In this document: positions 1 through 12,786 of the stretch, in pieces
Position numbering within the stretch: the stretch's first letter is position 1
How the letters are laid out: each line of letters begins with the position of its first letter
From: Camelus dromedarius
Lineage: Eukaryota
Assembly (NCBI RefSeq): GCF_036321535.1
Contig: NC_087437.1
Span: 14,324,001 to 14,388,000 of the forward strand
DNA length: 64,000 nt
Reading direction: 5' to 3'
Position numbers and translations under genes: made by a program
Notes under the pieces: model-generated
Database searches by the model: none
Told to the model about the DNA's origin: nothing
Seen by the model: only the letters and a program-made list of their open reading frames with translations

Positions 1-494
1 CCATCTCATTTCAGAAGCAAGAAAATGAAACGATGAAACTTAGAGAGGTGGAGACTTACCCAAGGTGGCAAAGTGGTAAAGTTAAAACAGAACCAAATGG
101 TTAAGCAATGCTTTTTCTACAAATGAAAACATGCTATCTCATTATGCCCAAAGTGTTGGGGCTCCAGCGTGGCTGAAATAATTTATAAGGTAACCAAGAA
201 GTAAAAAGACAGAAGTTTAGTGATACTGGGAGAAGACTGGTCCCCAAACCGTTTAGTTTACCCAAGACTGGTTGCTCCCAAATAACAGTTCCTCCCTGCC
301 TTGGATCAGGTGTCAAGTTAGAAGCAAAATGTGGTTGTAATTGGGTGATGTTCAAAGAAAAGTTCATCTGTTTCCAGCTCCAAGACCAGGGTGAGGAAGT
401 TGGAAGTGCAGGTGGAATGGCATGGGAGACGGTGGAGAGGTGGTAGACCAGATGCTGTATGCTAATGTAGATGCTTTCTGCACCATTTGATGTG

Positions 495-960
495 TCTGGG
501 TGTTCTAGTTATCTGCTAATGGATGACAAAAATACCCCAAAACTTCGTGGTATAGAAACCTTTTTTTTTTTTTCTGACTATGAATTATGTAGGTCATGAA
601 TCCAGACAAAGTATAGCAGGCGTGGCTCAGCTCTGTTCCTTGATGTCAGAAGCCTCAGCTGGGATTGCTCAAAAGGCGAGGTGGATGCTTCTTTCTCCTC
701 GTGACCTCTCCCGGTGGTTAGCTTCCGCACAGCCTGGCATCCTCAGGGTAATGGAACCTCTTATATGGCAGTTCAGGACTCCAAGAAGACCAAGGCAAAA
801 GCTGCCCATCCTTTTAAAATCTAGGTCCAGATCACATTGGCCGTAGTCTATTTGTCACACTGTCATCAGTCAGCCCAGATTCAAAAGGAGGGTAGATAGA
901 CTCCAGCCTTCAATGGAAGGAGTGCCAAATAATTTAGGCCTATTTTTAATCCACTAAGTT
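495..960 (-). mobile_element. MLT1-family MaLR solo LTR
   Basis: Typical reverse-strand MLT1 text (gttatctgct..., cccagattcaa...gactccagccttcaatggaagg). Confidence 0.7.
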
Positions 961-1299
961 GTCTTATGAGAAGGGAACAAGGAGAAGACTGTCTCTGCCT
1001 TGTGGGCTGCTCGGGTGAAAACCTAGATTTGGCCAAACCAGCAAGAGAAAATAATAGGAAAACCAAGTGAAGGAATTCAGGAAAACCCAGGCAATTAAGA
1101 GATGGAAAAAGAAAGAAGAGGAGTTGTGTCTTTGAAGCAATATAATATAGCAGAGAGGAGACTGTCTTCAAAGTTGAGACAGATACTAATTATGATGTGA
1201 CTGGGGGCAAGTACACTCCAAACCAGAGTTCCCATGTTCGTGGGAAGAGGATGCGCCTCCTTGCCTTGTGGGAGTGGTTGTGAAGATTAGATAAAATGG

Positions 1300-1790
1300 T
1301 ATCTTAGACTGGGCTCCTGAAATGAGCCTTGAAATTAGAACACGTGGGGAAATTATTCACTAGGAAATGTTATTAGTAAAAATCAGTATAGAAGTGGGAC
1401 ATTGATCCAGGTAGGGAAAGGAGGCCAAGCAAGTGTGGGTGTCAAATCACGTCTTGCAGGGATTAACTTCAGCTCAATCCCAGAGAGTTTCTTTACAGGG
1501 AATGTAGATAATGACACAGATGAGGAAGGAGGAAGTAGGGGAATTTAACCCCTTCAGCTTTACTCCCACACATGTGCCTCAATAGCTGAAGGCTGTGGAG
1601 TGAGGGGGGATGTAGATTCCCAAGCACTTCCAGCTCCCACCATGGCTGGAAGAGTGGGCTCTGGAAGCCTGAGGATGCAGTTTTAAGGAGTAAAATCTAT
1701 ACCTGAAGACACTGTGGAAGAAAACGATAATGAGATTGGTAGGGATGTGAGCAAAAAACTGTAGCAAAGCTACAGGTGGTCTAGATAGGC
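1300..1790 (-). mobile_element. Old ERVL-type solo LTR
   Basis: Resembles reverse LTR16/33/40-class ends; similar to the element at 37765-38150. Confidence 0.5.
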
Positions 1791-2411
1791 TGCCCCTCAA
1801 CGTGTAGTAGCAACCCTTGTTTCTTCTAACGTTGTCGTTGGTGAATAATGTAAAATGCTTTGTATTCCCCTAAATCTGGAGGAAAGGACACTGGTAGAAG
1901 GTAGAACACAGTTTCCTTCCAACCCAGGGCTGCTTCTAGCTTTGCTAGAAGCCCTATTATCTCTGCCTGAATCATTGACTTCACATCACTGTTTTGGTGG
2001 AAGGGAATGCTCCCTTTCACAATTCAAACCCAGGAGTGAAAGAACATCTTTTCTTGAATTCATCACCTCTCCCAGCCACCTCGGCTTGTCAGTGGACTGT
2101 GTGGACAGCAGGGGACCAGACTGCTTCTGCAGTGTCTTCATCACCCTTCAGATGTGGGAGAGGGGGAATGGGCTCCAGCTTCTGGTCTCTTTGGAATCAC
2201 TGCCCCCCATTTATGGCATCAATATTTCAGTGACATAAAGCCAGTGTGTTCCGACAATCTCAGGCCCTTTTTCACTTGGAACACCTTCAGAGCCTTGGCC
2301 CAGGCGTACCTGGCAGAGAAACCCCCTCTGCACAGCTGCTGCTTGTACTTTTCAGCCTTCTCAGGATAAATCTCTACATTCTCCTTCTCACAGAAGTTTC
2401 ACAAAGGATGA

Positions 2412-2867
2412 TGTTATTGGTTGAATTCTGTTCCCTCTCAAAACCTACATGCTGAAGTCCTGAATCCTCCTAAAGTGACTTATTTGGAGATGGAGTCTTT
2501 ACAAAGGTAATCAGATGACGTCATCAGTGTCCTTATGAAAAGGGGGAATTTGGACACAGGGATAGACATGCACAGAGAGAAGATGTTGTGCAGATACACA
2601 GGGAGGATGCCAGGTGATGATGAGATGGGAGTGAAGGATCTACAAGCCAAGGAGCTCCAAGGATTGCTGAGCACCACCAGAAGCTGGGAGAGGCCAGGAA
2701 GAATTCTCTAGAGCAGTCAGAGAGAGCATGGCCCTACCGAAACAAAACAAAGCGAAATGTTGATTTCAGCTTCTCTAGCTTCCAGGCATGTGAGAGAATA
2801 AATTTCTGTTGCTTAAAGCCACTCAAGTTGTGGAAGTTTGTTACAGTGGCCCTAGCAGAATAATACA
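2412..2867 (+). mobile_element. MLT1C-like solo LTR
   Basis: TG...CA ends; gaataaatttctgttgcttaaagccac...gttacagtggccctagcagaataataca 3' end. Confidence 0.85.
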
Positions 2868-3373
2868 GCTGGGGCCTCTGAAAATTCTAAGAAGTAACTG
2901 AAGAACTTTTGCAAGCCACTTCCCAAGTTCTCTAGATCCCAGCATCCTCATCTGGAAAATATGGAGAATGAAATTAACAGCTGTGGCAGAGTGTGTTTTC
3001 TCAAAACATATGCAACAGTCCTTCTCACCCACAGGCTTTTGGACAGCTGATCATATTGGCACTCATTCAGCTGAGGTCCGTGTCCTCTCCCCTTGAATAT
3101 GGGTCAGCTTATGACTCAGTGACTCAATTGTAACCAACAGAATACAGAAGCAGCACCGCATGACTTCTGAGGCAAAGACATGAAAGTTTCCTCTTACTCT
3201 GCTGGGACATTTGCTGTAGACCCCTGAGCCACCATGGAATTAGCCTGACTATCCTGAGGCTGCCATGCAGGAAGGAAGCCCTGGCCACAAGGGGAGGCCC
3301 CAAGTACTCACCCCAGTCAACATCAGCGGACCGTCAGCATCAATCTCCAGACATGTACGGATGTCCCAGATTA

Positions 3374-4478
3374 CAGGCATATCTCATTTTATTGTGCTTC
3401 ACAGATATTGCGTTTTTTATTAATTAAAAGTTTGTGGCAACCCTATGTTGTCAGATGATGGTTAGCATATTTTAGCAATAAAACATTTTAATTTTTATTT
3501 ATGTATTTACTTATTTTTTTATTGAACTATAGTCAGTTTACAATGTGTTAATTTCTGGTGTACAGCATAATAGTTCAGTCATACATATACATACATATAT
3601 TTGTTTTCATATTCTTTTTCATTATAGGTTACTGCAAGATATTGAATATAGTTCCTTGTGCTATACAGTAGAAGCTTGTTTATTTTATATATATATAGTT
3701 AGTATCTGCAAATCTCAAACTCCCAATTTATCCTGTCCCACCCCCTTTCTCCTCTAGTAACTATAAGTTTGTTTTCTATGTCTGGGAGTCTGTTTCTATT
3801 TCATAAATAAGTTCATTTGTCTTTTTTTTTAGGTCCCACATATAAGTGATATATGGTATTTTTCTTTCTCCTTATGGCTTAACTTCACTTAGAATGACAA
3901 TCTCTAGGTCCATCCATATTGCTACAAATGGCATTATTTATTATTTTTTATGGCTGAGTAGTATTCCATTGTACATATATACACCACATCTTCTTTATCC
4001 AGTCATCTGTTGATGGACATTTAGGTTGTTTCCACTTCTTGGCTATTGTAAATAGTGCTGTTATGAACATTGTGGTGTATGTGTCTTTTTGAATTAAAAT
4101 TCCTTCTGGGTATATGCCTAGGAGTGGGATTGCTGGATCATATGGTAAGTCTATTTTTAGTTTTTTTGAGGAATCTCCATACTGTTTTCCATAATGGCTG
4201 CACCAAACTGCATTCCCACCAACAGTGTAGGAGGGTTCCCTTTTCTCCACACCCTTTCCAGCATTTATCATTTGTGGACTAACAAAGCATTTTAAAATTG
4301 AGGTATGTACATTGTTGTTTAAGTCATAATGTTATTACACATTTAGGCTACAGTATAGTGTAAACATAACTTTCATATGCGCTGGGAAACCAAGAAATTC
4401 ATGTCACTTGCTTTATTGTTATATTTGCTCTACTGTAGTGTCTAGAACCGAATCCACAATATGTCTGAGGTCTACCTG
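3374..4478 (+). mobile_element. Internally deleted Tigger1 derivative (Tigger1a_Art-like), split by L1
   Basis: TA|CAGGCATATCTC left end and ...GAGGTCTACCTG right end; internal sequence matches Tigger1 termini. Confidence 0.9.
3492..4280 (-). mobile_element. 5'-truncated lineage-specific L1 (ORF2 C-terminus + 3' UTR)
   Basis: ORF 3948-4271 gives L1 ORF2 motifs ([33 protein letters not shown]). TSD aataaaacattttaa / aacaaagcattttaa. Confidence 0.95.
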
Positions 4479-5311
4479 TGTTCTAACTCTCATCCATGAA
4501 GACTCCTCCAGCCACAGAGTCTTCCCCACTGGGACTCAAAAATCCCCAAAGACAAGCCACTTCTAGTATGTTCTTTATAAATTCCTGACACATAGAACCC
4601 ATAAACATGATGAATGGTTACTGTTATGCCCCTAAGTCTAGGGATAATTGGTTAAGCAGAAATAGTAACAGGCCACCAACTCTTCAAGGTTGCTGCCAGA
4701 CCTAGTGCTTTGAGTCTAAGAACTGGTCTGAAGTCCTCTGAGTACAGCATGCGGAGATTGTAGGGAGACCAGGTCTGCCTGTGAAGAGTGCAAGGGCCCT
4801 GAGACAGGCCCTGTTCTCCTTCTCCTCACCCCTCCTCTTGCCAGAGATGAAGTGCCAATACCAAAATAACCACAGGTTTCCAGGACACTTCCAGTTAAGA
4901 CTTACAGAAGCTACACAGAGTTGGTGTGAGCCTGCTTGTCACAAGCTTTTACTAATACCTCAGCCCAAATTTCATTCAATCCACAAATCTCCAGTGACTT
5001 TCATTATGGTTGGGCTTCCTCCATGCTCATTTCTTGCTTCTTTCTAACTACTGCCCTTTTACGCATCTGGGGTCAAATGCATGTATTTGACAAAATTATT
5101 GTATATAAACCTTGTATAACTTTGTGCTAAGCTTTGGGGAGCACCAGGGAGGTATAACAGATGAATCAGCCACTGATCTTGCTCTTAGAGGAATTTAAAT
5201 TGGCATCAGAGAGTTAAGACATATCCAAGAACTCCCATTCAAGGTAGAAGGTGATATGTGTCACACAAGAAAGCAGGCAAAGTGTTGAGAGTGTGCAGAG
5301 AGTAGACACTC

Positions 5312-6360
5312 CCTGGCCAGTGGGCTCATTAAGCTCCAAACCTGCCCTTCCATACTCTGCTTTCTGATGCTCAGGATGGGACTCTCCAAACTACAAACAT
5401 TTCTGCTTTTCCATCTTCTCTCTTTTAGGCTCTGCCAACAGGGGGCGCTAGAGGAAGACTGCAGGGCTAGAGAAGTTAAAAAGGGATTCACTTCACCTGC
5501 TTGCTTTCGGCTCCTGTGAGGTCACTTCAACAATGGAGTTCTTTTGATGGAGTATTAGCTTCCTCCTGCAACTGTTACTTCCTTAAAACTTAAGTATTTC
5601 CTTTTTACCCTTTCAGTTACCTAGTTAACAATTCTTTATATTAAATTCTCTGTGTTCGAAAAAGCCTGGTGTGATGTTGGTAAGGATGTGAAATTGGTAC
5701 ACTTATGCACTGTTGGTGAGAATGTAAAATGGTGCACTCAACAGGGAAAACAGTATGGAGGCTCCTCAAAAAAAAGTGAAAATAGAACTACCATTTGATC
5801 CGGCAATTCCACTTCTGGGCGTATATCCAAAAGAATCAAAAGCAGGGTCTCAAAGAGTTATTTGTACACCAGTGTTCATATCAGCATTATTCACAATAGC
5901 CAAGGGATGGAAGCAACCCAAGTGTCCATTGACAGATTAAGGGATAAACAAAACCTGGTATACATTCAATAAAATGTTATTCAACCTTAAAAAAGAAGAA
6001 ATTCTGACACAGTCTACAATATGGATAAATCTTAAGGACACTATACTACAAAATAAGTCAGTCACAAAAGGATAAATACTGTATGATTCCACTTGTATGA
6101 GTTATCTGGAATAGTCAAACTCATAGAAACAGGAAGTAGAATAGTGGTCAGGGAGGCTGGGGAAAGAGAAAAATGGGACTTGTTTAATGGGTATAGATTT
6201 CAGTTTTGCAAGAGGAAAAACTTCTGGAGGTTGTTTGCACAACAACATGAATATACTTAACATTACCAAATGGTTAAGATGGTAAATTTTATATTATGTG
6301 TATTGCACTACAATTAAAAAAATGGTATGATTTCTGTCTCCTGAGTGGCCCCTGAGTCAT
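5312..6360 (+). mobile_element. LTR41-like ERVL LTR, split near its 3' end by an older L1
   Basis: gctccaaacctgcccttccatactctgctttctgatgct...tctgccaacagggggcgctagag matches remembered LTR41; resumes at ~6322 (ggtatgatttctgtctcctga). Confidence 0.75.
5676..6321 (+). mobile_element. Older L1 (L1MA/MB-type) 3' fragment
   Basis: [19 protein letters not shown]2 motif followed by an L1MA/MB-type 3' UTR and an A tail. Confidence 0.9.
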
Positions 6361-6419
6361 GTGGCAATTAAAAAAATTTTGTATTTCTCATGGGGCAGGT
6401 GCAGGGAGGGAGTGAATAA

Positions 6420-6790
6420 CTGAAGCCAACAACTTAGATCCCAGGGGCTTCACACAATAAAAGTTGATTGTTTGATTCTTTCACTTCAGTGTGGCCTGCA
6501 AGGTGGCTCTGCTCCCTGGGGTCATTCAGGGACTCAGACTCTTTCCATCATATGAGTTCACCATCTTGAGCATGTGGCCTCTAAGGTAGGTAGAAGGGTA
6601 TGGGGAGAACTGCCCAGAGGGTTTATGGACAGAGTGGCCATGCAGATATCATATTTTCCAGATCTTCCATTGGCTAGAATTTAGTCACATGACTCATATT
6701 TAGCTATGAGGGAAGCTTGGAAGTTAGTCTTTCAGAGAGCCCAGAGGGAAAATGAAATGAAGTGGGTAAATACACAGGATTGTTCCTTCC
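6420..6790 (-). mobile_element. Old MLT1-type LTR
   Basis: ccattggctagaatttagtcacatgactc...gggaagcttggaagttagtct is typical of reverse MLT1K/L-class LTRs. Confidence 0.55.
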
Positions 6791-7696
6791 ACAAGTTTAC
6801 AGAGGGAACGGTATTTGGGCTGAGCCTTGAAAAATCAGTCTTGTCCTGTCTCTGCCTCTGTATTTCTTGCCTTTAGCAAAGGGCCTGGTGTAGAGTAATT
6901 TCTTGATAAATGGTAATTGGATGGATAAATAGAGATGCAGCTTTCTATAACTATTGAACCACAAGAGGACTGGAGCAAATCTATTCTAGAAAATTCTATT
7001 TCTACAAAATTGATTTCCTTTGGGCCCTGAGAACATAGGATAATGCTGATCGCCATCACTCAGTAGATTTTTCTCTTCCTACAGTATGAGAAATAGAAGT
7101 TGGTGAGTAGCTTGTTCCCACAGCTCAGTGATGGAGGATCAGCCAAGAATTATGATCTCAAACTGGAACACAGTCTGGCAGATGATCTTGAGTCCACCCA
7201 TTACTCCTCAATCAGTGTGAATCCTTGGTCCCTCACAATTTCCCACACAGGTACTGAGTAGGCAGAGAGTAGCTGGTGTCTATCTTGAGACATGCCTGGC
7301 TTTCTCATTGAGTCTGTGGAATCTTGCCCATGTGTGAAGGTATTTGTTCTTTTCTTTTTTTGTCTTGTTCGAGGAGATATTAATAAAAATAAAGCCAGTA
7401 AGAGCAAAATGATCGTAATTAATGCTAAAAAAGGGAAGAGCCAGATTGCTGACTGCATCTCTTCAATCTGGCTTTTTGCGTAGTTGGCAGGGGTTTTATT
7501 ATTGGTAAGTGGGAGATAGTGGATTCAGGGCCATTACCCGTTCCTAGTACGCTTACACACGGATAATGATGGTGAAGTTTCTGTCCCCAGACCTTGGACA
7601 GCTGCGCAGTGGGTTTTGTGTAACAATGTGAATGAGTGTAATCTGGGTGAGGAGATTGTTCTTGATGTTCTGCAATGCAAGTACCCCTATTGGAGT

Positions 7697-8310
7697 CTGT
7701 GTTTTTGTTATCTACTGCTATGTAACAAACTTGCTAAACTTAGTGACTTAATAGTTTGTTGTGCATATAGATTCTTTGGGTCAGGAATTCAGAAGGGCAC
7801 AGTGGAAATGCTTATATCTTCCCCATGATGTCTGAGGCCTCAACTGGGAAGACTTAAATGACTTAGCAGAATGATCAGGAAGCTTTTTCACTTTCCCTGG
7901 TGTCTGGGCTGGGCTCAGGTAGGATTGTCAGCTGGGACACCTACGTCTTAGTGTCACTGTATGCTTGGACTTCTTTCCTCATGAAAGCTCAGTTCCAAGA
8001 TGGTGGTGTGCATTCCAGAAGACCAAGAAGAAAATGAATGGCCTTTATGACCTAGCCTAAAAGGTCACCGAACACCACTTTTACTCTTTTGATCAAAATA
8101 GTCATATATCTATCAAATCATCAAATTGTACTTCTGATATGCATGTAGTTTACTGTTCCGCAATCATACCACAATAAAGGTGTTTTAAAATAAAAAAAAA
8201 AAAAGATAGTCATAAGCTGACTTGGATTCAAGGAGAGGAGATACAGACCCTCAAGAAGGATGGAGTATTAAAGGACTTTCAGTTGTTTTTTTTTTTTCAA
8301 ACCACCACAC
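7697..8310 (-). mobile_element. MLT1-type LTR with a short old L1 3' end inserted (~8110-8205)
   Basis: Reverse MLT1 motifs on both sides; the insert ends in caataaaggtgttttaaaataaaaaaaa, with atagtcata duplicated on each side. Confidence 0.65.
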
Positions 8311-8364
8311 TTACATTCACTCTTTTTTGTGGTAAACAAAATTCTCTTGTTCCTAACTTTAAAA

Positions 8365-9125
8365 TGGATCTTAAATCCAACCACTTCTCACCACCTCCCT
8401 TGTCATCACACTGGTCCCAAGATTCTTCTCCCAAGATGATTACAATGGCCTGTTAAGAATTCTTTCCTCCATCTCACCTGCCTGAAGACTCTTTTCAACT
8501 GAGCTACCAAAGTGATCCAGTTAGTCATTAGTCATGTCATGGCATTCCTCGGCCCAGACCCTCAATGGCTCCCTGTTGCTCTAGAGTAGAATTAAGTTCT
8601 TACAGTGGCATGTATGGTTCCCTGTTACCTCTCTGTCCTCGTCTCCTATTACTCTCCCCCTTGCTTCTGCTCTGGCCACACTGGCCTCCCTGCTGTTCCT
8701 TGAACACACTAAGCACAGCCCATCTCAGAGCCTTTGTACTTGCTGTTTCCTCTGCCTAGAATGCTTTCCCCCCAGATTTCTGCATGGTTTACTCCTTCAC
8801 CTCTTTCAAGAATTGTCTTACAGGTCACCTCAGTGAAACTTTTCACCCATTTCAAAAGAACACCTCACCTCATCCTCCAACATTCACTTCTCTGCTGTTT
8901 CCTCCATAATGCCAATCATCATCTAACACAGCATTTCCTATTTGCCTTATTTCTTGACTGCCTCACCCATTAGAATATAAGCTGTGTGAGGACAAGGGTA
9001 TTCTCTTTTTCACTCACTATTGTATATCTAGAACATAACGACAATACTTGGCACATAATAGACATTCAATAAATATTTGCTAAGTGAAAGAGGGGATTAA
9101 TGAGAGTGAAAGAATAAATGAATGA
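8365..9125 (+). mobile_element. L2 3' fragment
   Basis: ggccacactggcctccctgctgttccttgaacac...cttggcacataatagacattcaataaatatttg is the L2 3' end. Confidence 0.85.
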
Positions 9126-9334
9126 GAGAAAAAGGTAAACTCTGTCAAATTGCACTCAGAAGTTGTTCTGATATGATAAAATCTTTCAAAGAGGCTCCTA
9201 AAGGAAAAGGGTTTGACTCCATGGACAAAGAATGTGTTGTCTGCTCTCCTTTGGTAGGAAAAATGGGCCAGATTGACATGCGTCAGTTGGGTTTTCTCCT
9301 CGTCCTTAGGTACGTGTGTTGGAAGGGCAGCATG

Positions 9335-9510
9335 GAGGCATTGCTGTGTAGCAGAAAGAGGTTACAGACGTGAACTTCCATTAATTGGTTATATGATCAA
9401 AGATAACCCACTTAGTCTCCCTGGGCCATAGTCTCCTCTTCTATAAGTTGAGAAAAATTGTATTTAAACCAGATGACCTATCTCTAAGATGCCTCCAGCC
9501 CTGACATTTA
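9335..9510 (+). mobile_element. MIR/MIR3 remnant
   Basis: Degenerate core plus gatgacc...ctaagatgcctccagccctgacatt end. Confidence 0.55.
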
Positions 9511-9924
9511 CTTCTTTGTCTTTGCTCACCAGATCATTCTCCACTGAATTCTAGAGGAAATCTAAAAAAGCACCCCATGTCCTGGGAATAAAGAGGAGGA
9601 CTTAGGAAGGAAGAGGAGGTAAGCCAAGGGATCAGTGTCACCCTGAGCAAAATAGAATATACCTTGCACTGGAATGTTTCATGAGGGGAGCAATATTGGG
9701 TACCAAATTCTAACATTTGATGGAATAAAAATACTGATCACCTTGTGGATAGAAGGTTGAATAATGGTGAAGAAGGGGGTATGAGGGACCCTTCTGGGTA
9801 CTAGAAATGCTAATTGTTGATTTCAGTTATGGTTATATGATGTGTTTTGTAAAGTTCCATCCCTCTCTCATTTATGATTTGTACATGTTTCTGCATGTTA
9901 CACTTCAATTTAAAAGTTCATCAA

Positions 9925-10112
9925 AAAATTTATATATATATATAAATTATATATATGGCCTTTCATATATCTATAAACATATAAATCTATATATAAAACA
10001 TATAAACATACATCTAAACATGTAAGTATATTTATAGATTTATATATATAATAATAGATATAAATAATATATATAATAATTAATAGATATACAAATAATG
10101 GACATAAATATA
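9925..10112. repeat. AT-rich low-complexity (TA)n tract after an old L1ME-type 3' end (~9720-9925)
   Basis: Degenerate TATA/ATAA repeats visible directly. Confidence 0.8.
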
Positions 10113-11012
10113 GAAAAACCTAAGGAGAATTTTGACATTTTACCTGACTAATGACCTGGATAAAATGAGAGGGAAAAAACCAATTTAAGTGGTAGAAATC
10201 AGCAGAGGTAGTTCTCAGCTTCCTGCCTGGGAAAAAGTAGGATGATGAACTTTAGAATGATTGAAATGTGAAGCAAGGGAGCTCTTAATATGGGTTCTAC
10301 TCTTCTCATTTTTCTTAGGCTCCTCTGAACTCTCTGGTCTATGCAGAGGGGTGAACCTGGAATGCTTCTGGAATTCCCAACGAACTAACTACTGGACTAG
10401 TTCGTGTTCTAATTACTCACAGCATTATTTCCAATCTACTCCTGGAGGTACTTTCACACAGTCTATTTCTGTGACTTTTTTGATCAGTCAAAAACCTTCA
10501 GGACCTAAAAGGCCATTTGAAAAAGCAAGGGAGGAAGATGTACAAATGGTCCAGGAGAGAGGCCGCATAGCTTTCAGAAGAAGTCAAGTCAAAAATCACA
10601 GCTAGTCTTTGAAACGATTGGCCAGGCAGGATTTGGTGACTAAGCGAGATGTTTGAAGAAGGTGGTTTGACTTCCCACTGTGAGGCTCTCTGAAAAAAAT
10701 AAAGACGTTTTAAGCACAGCTCTGACATGCTACACCTCACCTATTATCCCTAGCAGAGAGAAATCCCTTTTGCAGAGTTCCCAGGTACAGAAGCTAATTG
10801 CAGTAGTTCCCCAACATCTTCTTCTATTACTGAAACTCGGGCAGTAGAGTGTGCTGATCATACCAATAATCACACATTGGTTGGTCTCCTTTATGGATAG
10901 AAGATCTCTTCTTTCACACTCAAACTCATGCTATTCAGCAAGATGCCTCACCCTAATTCTCACAGCTCACCTTTGGTGCTGCTGCCTTTAAGATTTATAT
11001 TGGTTAGATACC

Positions 11013-11521
11013 GTGCCAGTTATCTATTGTGGTGCAACAAACTACCCCCAAATAATCATTTATTTCGCTCATGAATCTGAAATTTGGGCAGAGCTCAGCA
11101 GAGATGGCTCATTAGCTGGGGCAACCTGACTGAAAGCTGAATATACTCTCTCGGCTGGCCCGCTCGTCTGACAGGCAAGCTGATGCTGGTGGTCAGGTGG
11201 GAATTCAGCCAGGGCTACAGGTCAAAGGACTCTACTCCTCTCCACGTGGCCTCTTTACAAGCTACCTGGGCCTCGATCTTGAGTGTCCAAGAGAGACTGC
11301 CCCCAAAGGACAAGATAGAAGTACAAGACATTATTATTATCTAGCTTTGGAAGTCATGATGTCACTTCTGCCACAGTCCACTCACGGAGGTAGTCAAAAG
11401 ACCCATCCAGATTCAAGAGGAGGAGACACAGATCCCATCTCTTGATGAAGGAATGGTTCTAAAAACGCATGTGAGGTGGGAGATATTGCTGTGGTCATCT
11501 TTGATAAATAGAATGTGCCAC
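11013..11521 (-). mobile_element. MLT1-type solo LTR
   Basis: tgccagttatctattgtggtgcaacaaactacccc...ccagattcaagagg...tgccaca. Confidence 0.8.
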
Positions 11522-12329
11522 ATATGTTGAAACAGTAGCTAATCCATGGAGTGACAAGATGCTCATGAAACAAAAGTGTGTGTATAAGCGTGTGTGAGAC
11601 AAGTAAGTAGAGAAGAACCTTTGGTCCCCTTTCCACATACGTTCAGGAGAGAGCTGCTATGCCTCTGGTCTGTTACTCTACACTCCTCCATCCTTTCCTC
11701 CCCAAGGAACAAAGTATGGTTAACTTCCAGGACCATTGCACTGAAACTCAGACAGGGCTGAGTTTTTCTCCCTTAAAAGAAACCCCAAGGCAAAATATAT
11801 ACAATAGATAGTTGGAGATTGTGCTTTTTGTCTCACTATCTTCCAAATTCTTTATCTATAACTGGATGGATAAGGCAGGCTTCAGCAGATCTGATCCCTA
11901 GATCAGAAGTGGGGAGGGAGAGAGGAGGACTTGCCATGTTCTTTAATCCAACCTATGAGTAATAAGGCAGAGGTCGTTCCATGTTTTATTTGGTTCCTTG
12001 CTTTATCAACTGATTAAGAACCCAGATCACATAAAGGGTGTAATTAGCATCCCTAATTACACCTGAATTCCTTAAATGTATGTAACTAAACTTTCATCTA
12101 TGGCTCAAAACTCATCACCCATTTAAAGGTCACAGAGCTTGGAATAGGCTGCAAGGCAAGGATTGGACTGACTGAGCTGGTGTTGGGGGGGGGTGCAGGT
12201 TAGGAGGAGGACTGCGGGGTTTGTCTGGAGACCTGGAGGAAATCGGTCAGTTTGAGCCTTTCTCCCAGCCCTGTGCCAGCTATTGACAAGGAGTCTCCAG
12301 ACCCTTGCAGGCTGCTGCCCTCTAGTCTT

Positions 12330-12542
12330 AAACTTATGGTTACCAGTGGGGTGGAAGGGGGTGAGAAGGGATACATTGGGAGTTTGAGATTTGCAGATAC
12401 TAACTACTATATATAAAATAGATCAACAGCAAGTTTATACTGTATAGCACAGGGAACTATATTCAATATCTTGAACTATATTCATTATAGTAACCTATAA
12501 TGAAAAAGAATATGAAAAAGGAAAAAAAAAAAAAAAAAAAAA
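12330..12542 (+). mobile_element. Short L1 3' UTR fragment with long poly(A)
   Basis: aaacttatggttacc...gtatagcacagggaactatattcaatatc, then a ~21-A run. Confidence 0.9.
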
Positions 12543-12786
12543 CTCAGTGGCCCAAACTACAGTAGCAAGACAGCTCACTCGACTCTCTTGTTTGAAGAAA
12601 TTTTGTTAACCCTTGTTTGCCACCTTGCTCCTTGGTGAGCCCTAATTTCTACTGTCAGATTCCCTTTTTGATAGCAGGCCATTGTATGTTGGCCCCCTCT
12701 TGGGGTCATCACACTGTAAGTAGCACTCATTTATTCAAGGCAATGTTTGCAATGAAGTGAATCCTTTCTTAGTTGACTATTCCTTC

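Larger units (their letters stand above)
2982..4672 (+). mobile_element. MLT1 (G/H-like) LTR interrupted by Tigger1, itself interrupted by L1
   Basis: 5' part at 2982-3372 and 3' part at 4479-4672 join into a colinear MLT1 LTR. Confidence 0.75.

Noticed and set aside
3948..4271. ORFs with real protein similarity (also 5755, 22487, 39566, 43658)
   Set aside because: All are remnants of the L1 ORF2 C-terminus or its antisense in truncated elements, not genes.
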